Source: Solirubrobacteraceae bacterium (lineage in GTDB: Bacteria > Actinomycetota > Thermoleophilia > Solirubrobacterales > Solirubrobacteraceae). Taken from it: a stretch of DNA of 47,701 nucleotides. The translations under genes were made by a program, and so were the position numbers. Location of the stretch: contig DASZKU010000012.1 in assembly GCA_035552815.1 (NCBI GenBank), positions 1 through 47,701 on the forward strand, read 5' to 3'. A model generated the notes under the pieces. That model ran no database searches and was not told the DNA's origin. It saw only the letters and a program-made list of their open reading frames with translations. The stretch's first letter is position 1; every line of letters begins with the position of its first letter. Shown here in pieces: positions 37,642 to 47,701 of the stretch.

Positions 37642-38018
37642 CGCGCGGCGTCCTCGTTGTCGACGACGACCCGTTCATCCGCAAGCTCATCGCGACCACT
37701 CTCGAGGACGTCACCAGGTTCCACATCCACGAGGCCTCCGACGGGCTCGAGGCGGTCGTCGTGGCCCGCCGCGAGCTCCCCACCATCGTCTTCCTCGACG
37801 TCGACATGCCCCACCAGAACGGGATCGAGACGTGCCGCCGCCTGCGCTCCGACGACGCCACCAGCGGGGCGACGATCGTCATGCTCACCGCCGCCCACGG
37901 CGAGAGCGTCGAGCGCGAGGCCGAGGAGGCCGGGGCCGACCTCTTCCTCACCAAGCCCTTCAGCCCGCTCGATCTCCTGCGCCTCGTCGATCGCCTGGGC
38001 GGCCCGAGCCCGGCGTGA
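37638..38018 (+). CDS. Single-domain response regulator (CheY-like)
   Basis: VLVVDDD, FLDVDMP, MLTA, TKPFSP; ATGA-coupled to the HD-GYP gene. Confidence 0.94.
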   Translation: MTRGVLVVDDDPFIRKLIATTLEDVTRFHIHEASDGLEAVVVARRELPTIVFLDVDMPHQNGIETCRRLRSDDATSGATIVMLTAAHGESVEREAEEAGADLFLTKPFSPLDLLRLVDRLGGPSPA

Positions 38019-39010
38019 CGGCGAGCGCCGGCGCCTTTCGCTGGCTCGACGGTGACCGGCTCGTGATCTTCGGGCGCGGGAAGCTCGCCGAAGCCGGCAC
38101 CGTGCTCGGGAGCGGCTACGCCCTGCTCACCACCCCGCGGGCGGCGGCGGCCGCCCCCGCGCTGGTGGCGGCGGCCGGGAGCGTCCACGAGGTCGGCCCC
38201 GGCCGCGTCGACGAGCTCGCCGCCGAGCTGCGCCCTGAGCTCGACTCCCAGCTCCTCGTCGCCCTCGGAGGCGGACGCGTCATCGACGTCGCCAAGGCCC
38301 TGGGGGCAGCCGATCCTCCCCGCATGGTGGCGGCGGTGCCCACCACCCTGTCGGGGGCGGAGATGACCGCGGTGCACCGTCACGCCACCGGCGTGCCCGC
38401 CGAGACCACCCACGCGAGGCCGGCGATCGTCGTCAACGATCCCGCCCTCTCGGCCTCGCAGCCCCTCCCCGACCTCGCCGCCAGCGCCGCCAACGCGCTC
38501 GGGCACATCGCCGAGGGTCCGCTCACGCCCGTCACCAACCCGGTCGCCAAGCTGGCAGCGCTCGAAGCGGCGCGCCTCATCGCCTCGGGCCTCGCCGACC
38601 CCGAGGAGCCCGATCGCGACGCGCTCGCGCTCGGCGCGCTGCTCGCGGGCTACGTCGTCGGCGCGACGGGCTACGGCCTGCACCACGTCCTCGCCCAGAC
38701 CCTGGTCCGCGTCGCCGGCCTCGGGCACGGTCAGGCCAACGCGATCGTGCTCCCGCACACCATCGCCGCCCTCTCGCGGCGCTCGCCGGCCTGGTTCGCC
38801 CTCCTCGGCGAGGCCCTGGGCGCGAGTCCGGCGCCCTTCGCCGCCCGCCTGCGGGGACTGGCCGGCGCGCACGGCCTCGGCGAGGCCGGCGTCCCCGAGT
38901 CAGCGCTCGCAGGCGTGGCCGAGCAGGCGTCGCGCCGAGCCGAGCTCGCGATGACGCCGCCCGCCGCGGGCCCGACCGAGCTCGGCCAGATCCTGCGCGC
39001 CGCGTACTAA
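38015..39010 (+). CDS. Iron-containing alcohol dehydrogenase family protein (maleylacetate-reductase-like)
   Basis: ALGGGRVIDVAKA, VPTTLSGAEMT, NALGH..E, LHH.LAQ, HG..NA motifs; GTGA-coupled to the response regulator. Confidence 0.88.
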   Translation: MTASAGAFRWLDGDRLVIFGRGKLAEAGTVLGSGYALLTTPRAAAAAPALVAAAGSVHEVGPGRVDELAAELRPELDSQLLVALGGGRVIDVAKALGAADPPRMVAAVPTTLSGAEMTAVHRHATGVPAETTHARPAIVVNDPALSASQPLPDLAASAANALGHIAEGPLTPVTNPVAKLAALEAARLIASGLADPEEPDRDALALGALLAGYVVGATGYGLHHVLAQTLVRVAGLGHGQANAIVLPHTIAALSRRSPAWFALLGEALGASPAPFAARLRGLAGAHGLGEAGVPESALAGVAEQASRRAELAMTPPAAGPTELGQILRAAY

Positions 39011-39232
39011 GTGGTTCGTTTCGTAAGTACGGCGACACCGAGAGTGGTCACCGGTGGATGCTGGGCAAGGACGCAGGAGCCGACGTGTGCCCCTGGCACA
39101 CGAGGCGACGAGGACAGCCGGATGACTCGGGCGCGGCCCGATCCGGCGAGGCTGGATGCCGAGCGGGCCGCAGCCCGGAGCCAGCGCCGCCGGGGGCCGG
39201 TCGAATGTCGTCGTATTTGCGAAACGGGCCAC
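39011..39232. mobile_element. Putative MITE / highly structured non-coding element with 27-bp terminal inverted repeats and TAA flanks
   Basis: Left arm 39011-39037 pairs with right arm 39206-39232 (22/27 Watson-Crick). TAA lies on both sides (39008-39010, 39233-39235); nested internal hairpins. Confidence 0.72.
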
Positions 39233-39243
39233 TAAGTGCCCTG

Positions 39244-39471
39244 CTAAGAGATCCGCAGCAGGATCAGGGTGTTGATCACGAAGACGACGGCGAAGCCGAT
39301 CGTCCAGCGGTTGAGGTTGCGCTCGACGAGCGAACCGCCGCCGAAGGGACCCGCGCCCGTGCCCACCCCGAAGGCACCGGACAGGCCCGAGTCCTTGCCC
39401 GAGTGCATGAGGACCAGGAAGATGAGGATGACCGAGACGAAGACCTGGACGAACTCGAGAACGGTGACCAT
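39244..39471 (-). CDS. secG: Preprotein translocase subunit SecG
   Basis: LIFLVLMHSGKDSGLSGAFG...SLVERNLNRWTI two-TM pattern. Confidence 0.95.
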   Translation of the reverse strand: MVTVLEFVQVFVSVILIFLVLMHSGKDSGLSGAFGVGTGAGPFGGGSLVERNLNRWTIGFAVVFVINTLILLRIS

Positions 39472-39488
39472 GGGCGGATGGTAGCCCG

Positions 39489-39776
39489 TCAGGCTTTCTG
39501 GGCGCGATCGAGCGCCTGGAGGATCGAGATCGCCTCGGCGCGCAGGGTGTTGTCGAGCGCGTGGAAGTCCTCGTCGGAGAGCTTGCCCGTCCGGTGATCG
39601 AGCTCGGCGTCGCGGATCTCCCGGTACTTGGCCTCGCGGGCCGCCTCGAGCTCGGCGACCTTGGCGCTCGGACGGGTGTCCTGGGCCTCGGCCCCTCCGG
39701 ACTCGACGCGCCGGAAGGGCGCGGAGACGATCACGATCACCGCCGCCGCCGCCACCATCACGAGCAGGAACTCCAT
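39489..39776 (-). CDS. Small membrane protein resembling the CcmI N-terminal region
   Basis: TM helix ending in APF, then ELEAAREAKYREIRDAELDHRTGKLSDEDF; directly downstream of ccmF. Confidence 0.7.
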   Translation of the reverse strand: MEFLLVMVAAAAVIVIVSAPFRRVESGGAEAQDTRPSAKVAELEAAREAKYREIRDAELDHRTGKLSDEDFHALDNTLRAEAISILQALDRAQKA

Positions 39777-39792
39777 CGCCGCCGACCCCAGG

Positions 39793-42000
<2,208 letters not shown>

Positions 42001-42028
42001 CTCTACCGGGCGATGAGCGAGGACGGCA

Positions 42029-42433
42029 TCACGCCGGCGTCGCGTTCGCGTCCTGGAACTTGGAGGGGCACTTGGTCGTCAACGACCCCGGCTGCCCGAC
42101 GAAGGATGCGCCCTGCTGCTGGACGGTGACGAGCACCCCGCGGCCGACCGCGAAGGGGTCGGGAACGAGGCCCGAGTAGCGGACCGGCACCGACTCGTCG
42201 AGCTTGGGGTCACGGACCCGGAAGAGGAGCTCGCCGCTCCCCTCGTGCTGCTCTGAGACCACCGTCCCGCCGAGGATGAACGTCTCCCCCGGCCGCGCCC
42301 GCTTGAGCAGCTGGCTGGCCGTCACGACGTCCTGACCGGCACTGAAGCTCGTGTAGATGAGCGCCGAGGCGAGGAGGAGCGCGGCAGTGAGGGCGACCGT
42401 CAGGCGAATTCTGCGCTTGCGGCTCGGATCCAT
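42029..42433 (-). CDS. ccmE: Heme chaperone CcmE, Cys-type variant (KCPSKF)
   Basis: N-terminal TM helix, VRYSGLVPDPFAVG OB-fold motif, LTTKCPSKF heme-binding motif; adjacent to ccmF. Confidence 0.92.
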   Translation of the reverse strand: MDPSRKRRIRLTVALTAALLLASALIYTSFSAGQDVVTASQLLKRARPGETFILGGTVVSEQHEGSGELLFRVRDPKLDESVPVRYSGLVPDPFAVGRGVLVTVQQQGASFVGQPGSLTTKCPSKFQDANATPA

Positions 42434-42500
42434 TCGGCAGGGGATTCTTCCACATGCGGGCCTCAGGGACGCCGAGTGGGAGGGCGGTGCGCCGGGCCGG

Positions 42501-42599
42501 GGCGCGCGGAGCGGGCGGGCGCGACGGCGGCCTGGCGCGCGGAGCGGGCGGGCGCGACGGCGGCCTGGCGCGCGAGGCGGGCGGGCGCGACGGCGGTCT
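42501..42599. repeat. 33-bp GC-rich tandem repeat x3
   Basis: GGCGCGCGGAGCGGGCGGGCGCGACGGCGGCCT twice exactly, plus one variant copy. Confidence 0.85.
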
Positions 42600-42741
42600 G
42601 GCGCGGGGGCGCTCCTACGAACGGCCACGCCGGACGCGTCCGCCGCGCCGGTTAGCGTCCGTTGCCGATTAGCTTCCTGTTAGCGAACAGGTTTTTTCCA
42701 TCCAACCGCGAAACCATCGACGGGCAAGAACGTTCCTCGTT

Positions 42742-42972
42742 ATGACAGTGCAAGTACGACTCACCAGAGGGCATATTCGTACCCCGCGCGCACGGCGCGC
42801 CGGCGGAGTAGATCACTCTCGGACAGGCGCCGCTTCCGGCGCGGCTCGCCAGCGTCACGGCGGACCGTCGCAGGACCTCGCGCTCTATACGTGCGGCTGC
42901 GGCTACGTGTTCGAGGCACAGGTCTCCACTTCGGTCGGTTGCCCGCATTGCGGCGGCAAGCAGGCCTGGTAG
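42742..42972 (+). CDS. Small Zn-ribbon protein (CGCG...CPHCG)
   Basis: ALYTCGCGYVFEAQVSTSVGCPHCGGKQAW C-terminus; AT-rich promoter-like region upstream. Confidence 0.75.
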   Translation: MTVQVRLTRGHIRTPRARRAGGVDHSRTGAASGAARQRHGGPSQDLALYTCGCGYVFEAQVSTSVGCPHCGGKQAW

Positions 42973-43068
42973 ACGCCGGGTCCCGGGGTGCTTTCGGCGC
43001 GGGGGCGCGCCGCGGTGATCGCTGGGCGTACGCCCAGGCCGCTCCCCTGCCTCAGGCCGCTGCCTGCT

Positions 43069-44523
43069 TCAGGCCGCTGCTGATCCGGTGCCGACGACGT
43101 GGTCCTCGCGGAAGCCCTCGGCGGTGCTCTCGGCCGTCTCGTTGGCCCAGCGCGTCGTGGTGACGAATCCGAGGACGAGGACGACGGCCCCCAACCCGGT
43201 GATGATCCACCAACCCGGGTGGGTGGCCTGGGCGAAGTTCTTGCCGAGCGCGGCGGTGGCGCCCCCACCGGCGGCGGCGCCGACGATGGCGACGCCGAGC
43301 GTCGAGCCCACCTGCCGGCTCGTCGAGGCCACCGCCGAGGCGACCCCGGCCTGGGCGGCGGGCATCCCCGAGACCGCGGTATTGGTGATCGGAGGGTTCA
43401 CGAGGCCGAAGCCGAACCCGAAGATGAAGTAGGTGAGGAGCAGGTAGCCGATCGAGGTGGTGGCGGTGAGATGGGTGAGCATGAGGCCCGCGGCGGTCAG
43501 GGCACACCCCGCCGTGACGAGCGAGGGCCGCGCACCCACCCGCCCCACCAGGCGGCCCGAGAGGGGCCCGAAGATCAGCGTCATCGCCGCCAGGGGGAGC
43601 GTGTAGAGGCCGGCGTGGAAGGGCGAGAGGCCGCGGACGTCCTGGAGGTAGAGGGTGTTGAGGAAAAGGAACCCGCCGAGGGCGGCGAAGGCGCAGATGG
43701 CGATCACGCTCGCCCCCGCGAAGGGCGCGCTGCGGAAGAAGCGCACGTCGATCAGCGGCTCCTCGCGGTGGAGCTCGTAGACCACGAGGGCGACGAGGCT
43801 GACGAGGGCGACGCCGAACAGCGTGAGGATCTCCGCCGAGGTCCAGCCGTGGCCCGGTCCCTCGATGATCGCGTAGGTGCGCGAGGCGAGCATGGCGATG
43901 ACGAGCACCTGCCCGACCGGATCGATGCGCCGCGCCCGGGGCGCGCGCGACTCGGGGACGAAGAGGGCGGTGAGGACGATGGCGGCGAGGCCCACCGGCA
44001 CGTTGACGAGGAAGATCGCCCGCCACCCGACCGAGTCGACGAGCGCCCCCCCGACCACCGGCCCGAGGGCGAAGCTGAGCCCGACCACTCCCCCCCACAT
44101 CCCGATCGCCTGCGCCCGCTCGCGGGGATCCTCGAAGACGTTGCGGATGATCGACATGGCCACGGGATTGAGCATCGACCCGCCCACCGCCTGGATCATC
44201 CGGAAGGCGACCAGCGTCCCCAGGTTGGGGGCGATCGCGCACAGCAGCGACCCGACCGAGAACAGGGCCAGGCCGATCTGGAACACCCGCCGCCGCCCGA
44301 CCCGGTCCGCCGTCGACCCCGAGAGCATGAGCAGGCTCGCCAGCACCAGCGTGTAGGCATCGATCGTCCACTGCAGCCCGTCGAGCGAAGCGTGCAACGA
44401 GCGGTGGATGGCGGGCAGCGCGACGTTGACGATCGTCGCGTCGAGGCCGACGATGAGCAGGCTCATGCAGCAGATGCCGAGAATGAGAAGCCGGCGCGCG
44501 CGGGTGAGTTCGGGAGCGGGCAT
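43069..44523 (-). CDS. MFS transporter, DHA2/EmrB-QacA family
   Basis: LDATIVNVALP, SGSTADRVGRRR, GPVVGG, WRAIFLVNVPVG motifs. Confidence 0.93.
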   Translation of the reverse strand: MPAPELTRARRLLILGICCMSLLIVGLDATIVNVALPAIHRSLHASLDGLQWTIDAYTLVLASLLMLSGSTADRVGRRRVFQIGLALFSVGSLLCAIAPNLGTLVAFRMIQAVGGSMLNPVAMSIIRNVFEDPRERAQAIGMWGGVVGLSFALGPVVGGALVDSVGWRAIFLVNVPVGLAAIVLTALFVPESRAPRARRIDPVGQVLVIAMLASRTYAIIEGPGHGWTSAEILTLFGVALVSLVALVVYELHREEPLIDVRFFRSAPFAGASVIAICAFAALGGFLFLNTLYLQDVRGLSPFHAGLYTLPLAAMTLIFGPLSGRLVGRVGARPSLVTAGCALTAAGLMLTHLTATTSIGYLLLTYFIFGFGFGLVNPPITNTAVSGMPAAQAGVASAVASTSRQVGSTLGVAIVGAAAGGGATAALGKNFAQATHPGWWIITGLGAVVLVLGFVTTTRWANETAESTAEGFREDHVVGTGSAAA

Positions 44524-44611
44524 TCCCTCCGATGCTAGTGGTCGCTCCCGTACCTACGGGAGGGGCCACCAGTGGGGGCGGCTGGGTGCTCTTTGAGCGC
44601 GCGGTGGGACC

Positions 44612-44652
44612 TGATGCCTGTTGACCACCCATACGGTGGTCAACAGGCGTCA
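44612..44652. repeat. Long palindrome (REP-like element or terminator) after the aminotransferase gene
   Basis: TGATGCCTGTTGACCACC-CATAC-GGTGGTCAACAGGCGTCA: 18-bp stem with one mismatch. Confidence 0.75.
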
Positions 44653-44656
44653 CCCC

Positions 44657-45838
44657 CTACGCCCAGCCGTCCTCGAGCGCGGCCAGTGCTTCGCTGCCGT
44701 CGACGCCGAACACGTCTGCCACTCCGCTCACGAGGCGGCGCTGGGGTTCAAGAGCAGCCCCGATCCCCATGACGCCGATGCGCCACACGCGACCGGCCAG
44801 CGGTCCGAGCCCGCCGGAGACCTCGATGCCGTGGTCGAGGAGGAGCCCGCGGCGGGCGGCGGCCTCGTCGACCCCGTCGGGAAGCGTGACCGCCAGCAGC
44901 GAGGACAGGGCCTCGTCGGCCGGGGCGAGCCGCACGAGCCCGAGCCCCTCGAGCGCGACCCGGAGCGCTTCGTGGGCTTGGCGGTGGCGCTCCCAACGCG
45001 CAGGCAGACCCTCCTCGAGGACGATGCCGAGGGCCTCGTAGAGGGCGTAGACCATGTTGATGGGGGCGGTGTGGTGGTAGGCGCGGGGGGGCGCGCCGGC
45101 GGTGTCCTCGCGCCAGTAGGCGAGGATCGCCTGAAGGTCGAAGTACCAGGAGGGAGATTTCGCGACCAGGCGCGAGTGGGCGCGCTCGCCGAGGGTGAAG
45201 GGGGCGAGGCCGGGTGGGCAGTTCAGGCACTTCTGGGTGCCGCTGAAGGCGACGTCGACGCCGGCGGCGTCGAGCTCGAGCGGGTGCCCGGCCAACGAGG
45301 TCACGCAGTCCACGAACAGGAGCGCATCGCGATCCCGGCACGCATCGCCGAGCCCGTCCAGGGGTTGGCACACGCCGGTCGAGGTCTCGCCGTGGACGAC
45401 GAAGAGGGCCGCCGCACCGCCGTCGAGCGCTGCGACGAGGCGCGAGACCTCGATCGCCCTCCCCCACTCGGCCTCGACGCGCACGACCTCGGCGCCGCGG
45501 CGCCCGAGGGCGTCGGCCATGCGCGCGCCGAAGAGGCCGTTGACGCCGCACACCACGCGGTCGCCGGGGCCCACGAAGTTGTCGACCATGGTCTGCATTC
45601 CCGCGCTGCCCGTCCCCGAGACCGCGAAGGTGGCGCGGTTCTCGGTCACCATCACCCGGCGCAGGCGGCCCATCATCTCCTCCATGCGGGCGCCGAAGGC
45701 GGGGTCGAGGTGCCCGATGGTCGGACGCGCCAGGGCCGCGAGCACGCGCTCCGGTACCGGGCTCGGACCTGAGCCGAGGAGCAGGCGCTCGGGCAGCGCG
45801 ACCTCGCCGGTCACGCGTGTCTTCTCGTCCGTCGCCAT
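44657..45838 (-). CDS. Alanine-glyoxylate/serine-pyruvate aminotransferase family (PLP class V)
   Basis: LLLGSGPS, VSGTGSAGM, VHGETSTGV, VDCVTSL, SGTQKCLNCPPGL, YHHTAP, WRIGVMG motifs. Confidence 0.94.
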   Translation of the reverse strand: MATDEKTRVTGEVALPERLLLGSGPSPVPERVLAALARPTIGHLDPAFGARMEEMMGRLRRVMVTENRATFAVSGTGSAGMQTMVDNFVGPGDRVVCGVNGLFGARMADALGRRGAEVVRVEAEWGRAIEVSRLVAALDGGAAALFVVHGETSTGVCQPLDGLGDACRDRDALLFVDCVTSLAGHPLELDAAGVDVAFSGTQKCLNCPPGLAPFTLGERAHSRLVAKSPSWYFDLQAILAYWREDTAGAPPRAYHHTAPINMVYALYEALGIVLEEGLPARWERHRQAHEALRVALEGLGLVRLAPADEALSSLLAVTLPDGVDEAAARRGLLLDHGIEVSGGLGPLAGRVWRIGVMGIGAALEPQRRLVSGVADVFGVDGSEALAALEDGWA

Positions 45839-45919
45839 CACCGGCAAGCTACCCGATCCTCACGCCCTCACGCGGTCACGAAATGCGCTCGCCCCCGCCG
45901 GCGCCGTCGAGGTGAGAAC

Positions 45920-46258
45920 ATGCCCCCCGTGGACGAAGAGGTCGAGCGGCGAATCGCCGAGAACCAAGCCCGGTTCCGGGAGGTCAACGAGGCGATCTCC
46001 CGCGGGCAATGGCCCGGCGAAGCGGACGGGGTCGTCGGCTTCCGCTGCGAGTGCGCGGCGCTTGGGTGCAATCAACTGATCGAGGTGACGCCCTCGGGAT
46101 ATGAGAACGTTCGCGCCCACCCCCGTCGCTTCATCGTCCTCCCCGGCCATGAGCGCGCCGAGATCGAGCGGGTGGTGGAGAGGCGAACGGGCTATCTCGT
46201 CGTCGAGAAGACCGAGGAAGCGGGCGAGCGCGCGGAGGAGACCGACCCCCGCTCGTAG
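45920..46258 (+). CDS. Hypothetical protein with CEC-x4-C...GH putative metal site
   Basis: R.A.NQARFREVNE N-terminus, FRCECAALGC, F.VLPGHE, YLVVEK. Start may be GTG 45929. Confidence 0.8.
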   Translation: MPPVDEEVERRIAENQARFREVNEAISRGQWPGEADGVVGFRCECAALGCNQLIEVTPSGYENVRAHPRRFIVLPGHERAEIERVVERRTGYLVVEKTEEAGERAEETDPRS

Positions 46259-46668
46259 TCGTCGACCGCGACGGCGCCGCCGACGCGGAAGCGCATGCGC
46301 AGCTCGGTGCCCCCGCCTGAGCGCTTGACGATCGTCAGCTCCTCGCACGCCTGGGCGATCAGGGTCAGGCCCAAGCCGAGCCCCGACTTACCGCCACCCC
46401 CGCTGAGCCCGTCGCCGTCGTCGGCGACGAGAAGCCACAGCTCATTGCCCGCCACGGCCGCGGTGAGGTGGATCTCTCCCGGGCGGTCGCCGTAGGCATG
46501 GACGACGACGTTGGCCAGCGCTTCGGAGGCCGCGAGGCGCACGGCATCGACCTGCTCCGGGGTGGCACCGCTCTCGATGGCGAGAGCCGTCACCGCTCGG
46601 CGGGCGCGCCGCAGCGACGCCGGAACCGCGGGATAGGACTCGCTGAGGCTTGGTAGGAGCTCGCCCAT
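46192..46668 (-). CDS. RsbW-like anti-sigma factor / ATP-binding protein (HATPase_c)
   Basis: AVPASLRRARRAV, LAASEALANVVVHAY, VADDGDG, GLGLGL.LI, GGTELRMRF; AAGGA RBS. Confidence 0.9.
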   Translation of the reverse strand: MGELLPSLSESYPAVPASLRRARRAVTALAIESGATPEQVDAVRLAASEALANVVVHAYGDRPGEIHLTAAVAGNELWLLVADDGDGLSGGGGKSGLGLGLTLIAQACEELTIVKRSGGGTELRMRFRVGGAVAVDDYERGSVSSARSPASSVFSTTR

Positions 46669-46710
46669 GTTCCTTCAATACCCGGTCGCGCCCCGGCTAA
46701 CCCAAACAGG

Positions 46711-47700
46711 TCATGGCGAGACGCGCAGCGGTCCGAGCGCCAGCAGCTCCTCCACCGCCTCGACCGCGAGCGGCCGGGCGAACAGGAATCCCTGGCCGGA
46801 ATCGCAGCGCTCGCGCTGCAGGTGCCGGAGCTGGGCCCGTTCCTCGATGCCCTCGCCCACCGTCTCCAGCCCGAGCGCCTTGCCGAGCTGGACGAGGGTG
46901 CGGATGAGCACTCCGGACTCGCTCGAGGCGGCGATCGCGGAGATGAACGAGCGGTCGATCTTCACCGCGTCGACGGGAAACTGACGCAGGTAGGCGAGCG
47001 AGCTGTAGCCGGTGCCGAAGTCGTCGATGGCGATGCGCACGCCGACCGCCTTGAGCGCCGCCAGCCTCGGGGCCGCGACCTCGGGGTCACGCATGAGCAC
47101 GCTCTCGGTGATCTCGATCGTGAGCTTGCCGGGATCGACGCCGGTGGCCGCCAGGGTCCCGGCGAGGTCCTCGCCGAACTCGGGGTCCTCGAGCTGGCGC
47201 GCCGAGACGTTGATCGACATCCCCAGCTCATGCCCGTGCTCGCGCCACGCCGCCGCCTGCCCGCACGCCGTCTCGAGCACCCAGCGACCGATGGGGACGA
47301 TCAGCCCGGTCTGCTCGGCGACGGGGATGAAGGCATCGGGGCCGACGACGCCCCGCACGGGATGGCGCCAGCGGATCAGCGCTTCGAAGCCGGTGATCGT
47401 CTCGCTCTGGAGATCGAAGGTGGGCTGATAGAGGAGGAAGAACTGGCCGGCGTCGAGCGCCTCCCTGAGGTCCATCTCGAGCAGGGTCCGGTCCTGTGCC
47501 GCCGTCTGCATGCCCGACTCGAAGACGACCCAGCGGTTCTTGCCCGCGCCCTTGGCCTCGTAGAGGGCGAAGTCGGCGTCGCGCAGGAGGTCGTCGGCCG
47601 AGCCACGCTGCCCGAGGGCGACGCCGACGCTCGCGGTCACCGAGACGCTGCGCCCGTCTTTGCCCGCGAGCGAGATGGGCTGGCCGAGGATCTCGCAGAT
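46711..47700 (-). CDS. GGDEF-EAL protein, 5'-truncated by the window edge
   Basis: GGDEF C-terminus (TASVGVA...ADFALYEAKGAGKNR), then EAL domain: YQP, FEALIRW, INVS, IEITES, IDDFGTGYSSL, KIDRSF, GEGIE, QGFLF. Confidence 0.95.
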   Translation of the reverse strand: MCEILGQPISLAGKDGRSVSVTASVGVALGQRGSADDLLRDADFALYEAKGAGKNRWVVFESGMQTAAQDRTLLEMDLREALDAGQFFLLYQPTFDLQSETITGFEALIRWRHPVRGVVGPDAFIPVAEQTGLIVPIGRWVLETACGQAAAWREHGHELGMSINVSARQLEDPEFGEDLAGTLAATGVDPGKLTIEITESVLMRDPEVAAPRLAALKAVGVRIAIDDFGTGYSSLAYLRQFPVDAVKIDRSFISAIAASSESGVLIRTLVQLGKALGLETVGEGIEERAQLRHLQRERCDSGQGFLFARPLAVEAVEELLALGPLRVSP

Positions 47701-47701
47701 G

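Noticed and set aside
39011-39235. 74-aa ORF spanning the structured element
   Set aside because: No RBS or protein-like features; the nested inverted repeats explain the sequence better.
42690-42745. Possible c-di-GMP or other riboswitch upstream of the small Zn-ribbon gene
   Set aside because: GCGAAACCATC only superficially resembles the c-di-GMP-I motif; the paired stems and second hairpin could not be built.

Overview
Very GC-rich bacterial chromosome segment. Gene content (several small Zn-binding proteins, a Cys-type CcmE and many apparently leaderless genes) suggests an actinobacterium of the Thermoleophilia/Solirubrobacterales type; this is inference, not a database result. From left to right the window holds: the 5' part of RNase P RNA; lexA with a perfect SOS box and a coupled small Zn-ribbon gene; tRNA-Leu(GAG); an accessory block (MFS/TetR pair, Phd-VapC toxin-antitoxin pair, L,D-transpeptidase, GAF-LuxR regulator, ATPase); a MauE-double-thioredoxin fusion next to a Tat-exported Cys-rich repeat protein; assorted regulators and enzymes; an aquaporin/beta-PGM/GH65 operon; and a large AAA-LuxR regulator. 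Next is the best candidate for an undescribed system (26.4-32.2 kb): ApbE flavin transferase, a membrane-tethered low-complexity protein, a di-heme membrane cytochrome b, a ferredoxin reductase and a ferredoxin, interleaved with a split two-component system whose two promoter regions carry 11-bp-periodic boxes. The right part holds a hybrid kinase/HD-GYP/receiver operon, a ~222-bp structured MITE-like element inserted at a TAA stop codon, secG, ccmE-ccmF-ccmI-like genes, an MFS transporter, an aminotransferase, an RsbW-like protein and a truncated GGDEF-EAL gene. No CRISPR array, integrase or transposase was seen. Several start codons were moved from the ORF track using protein N-termini, coupling overlaps and -10 boxes.
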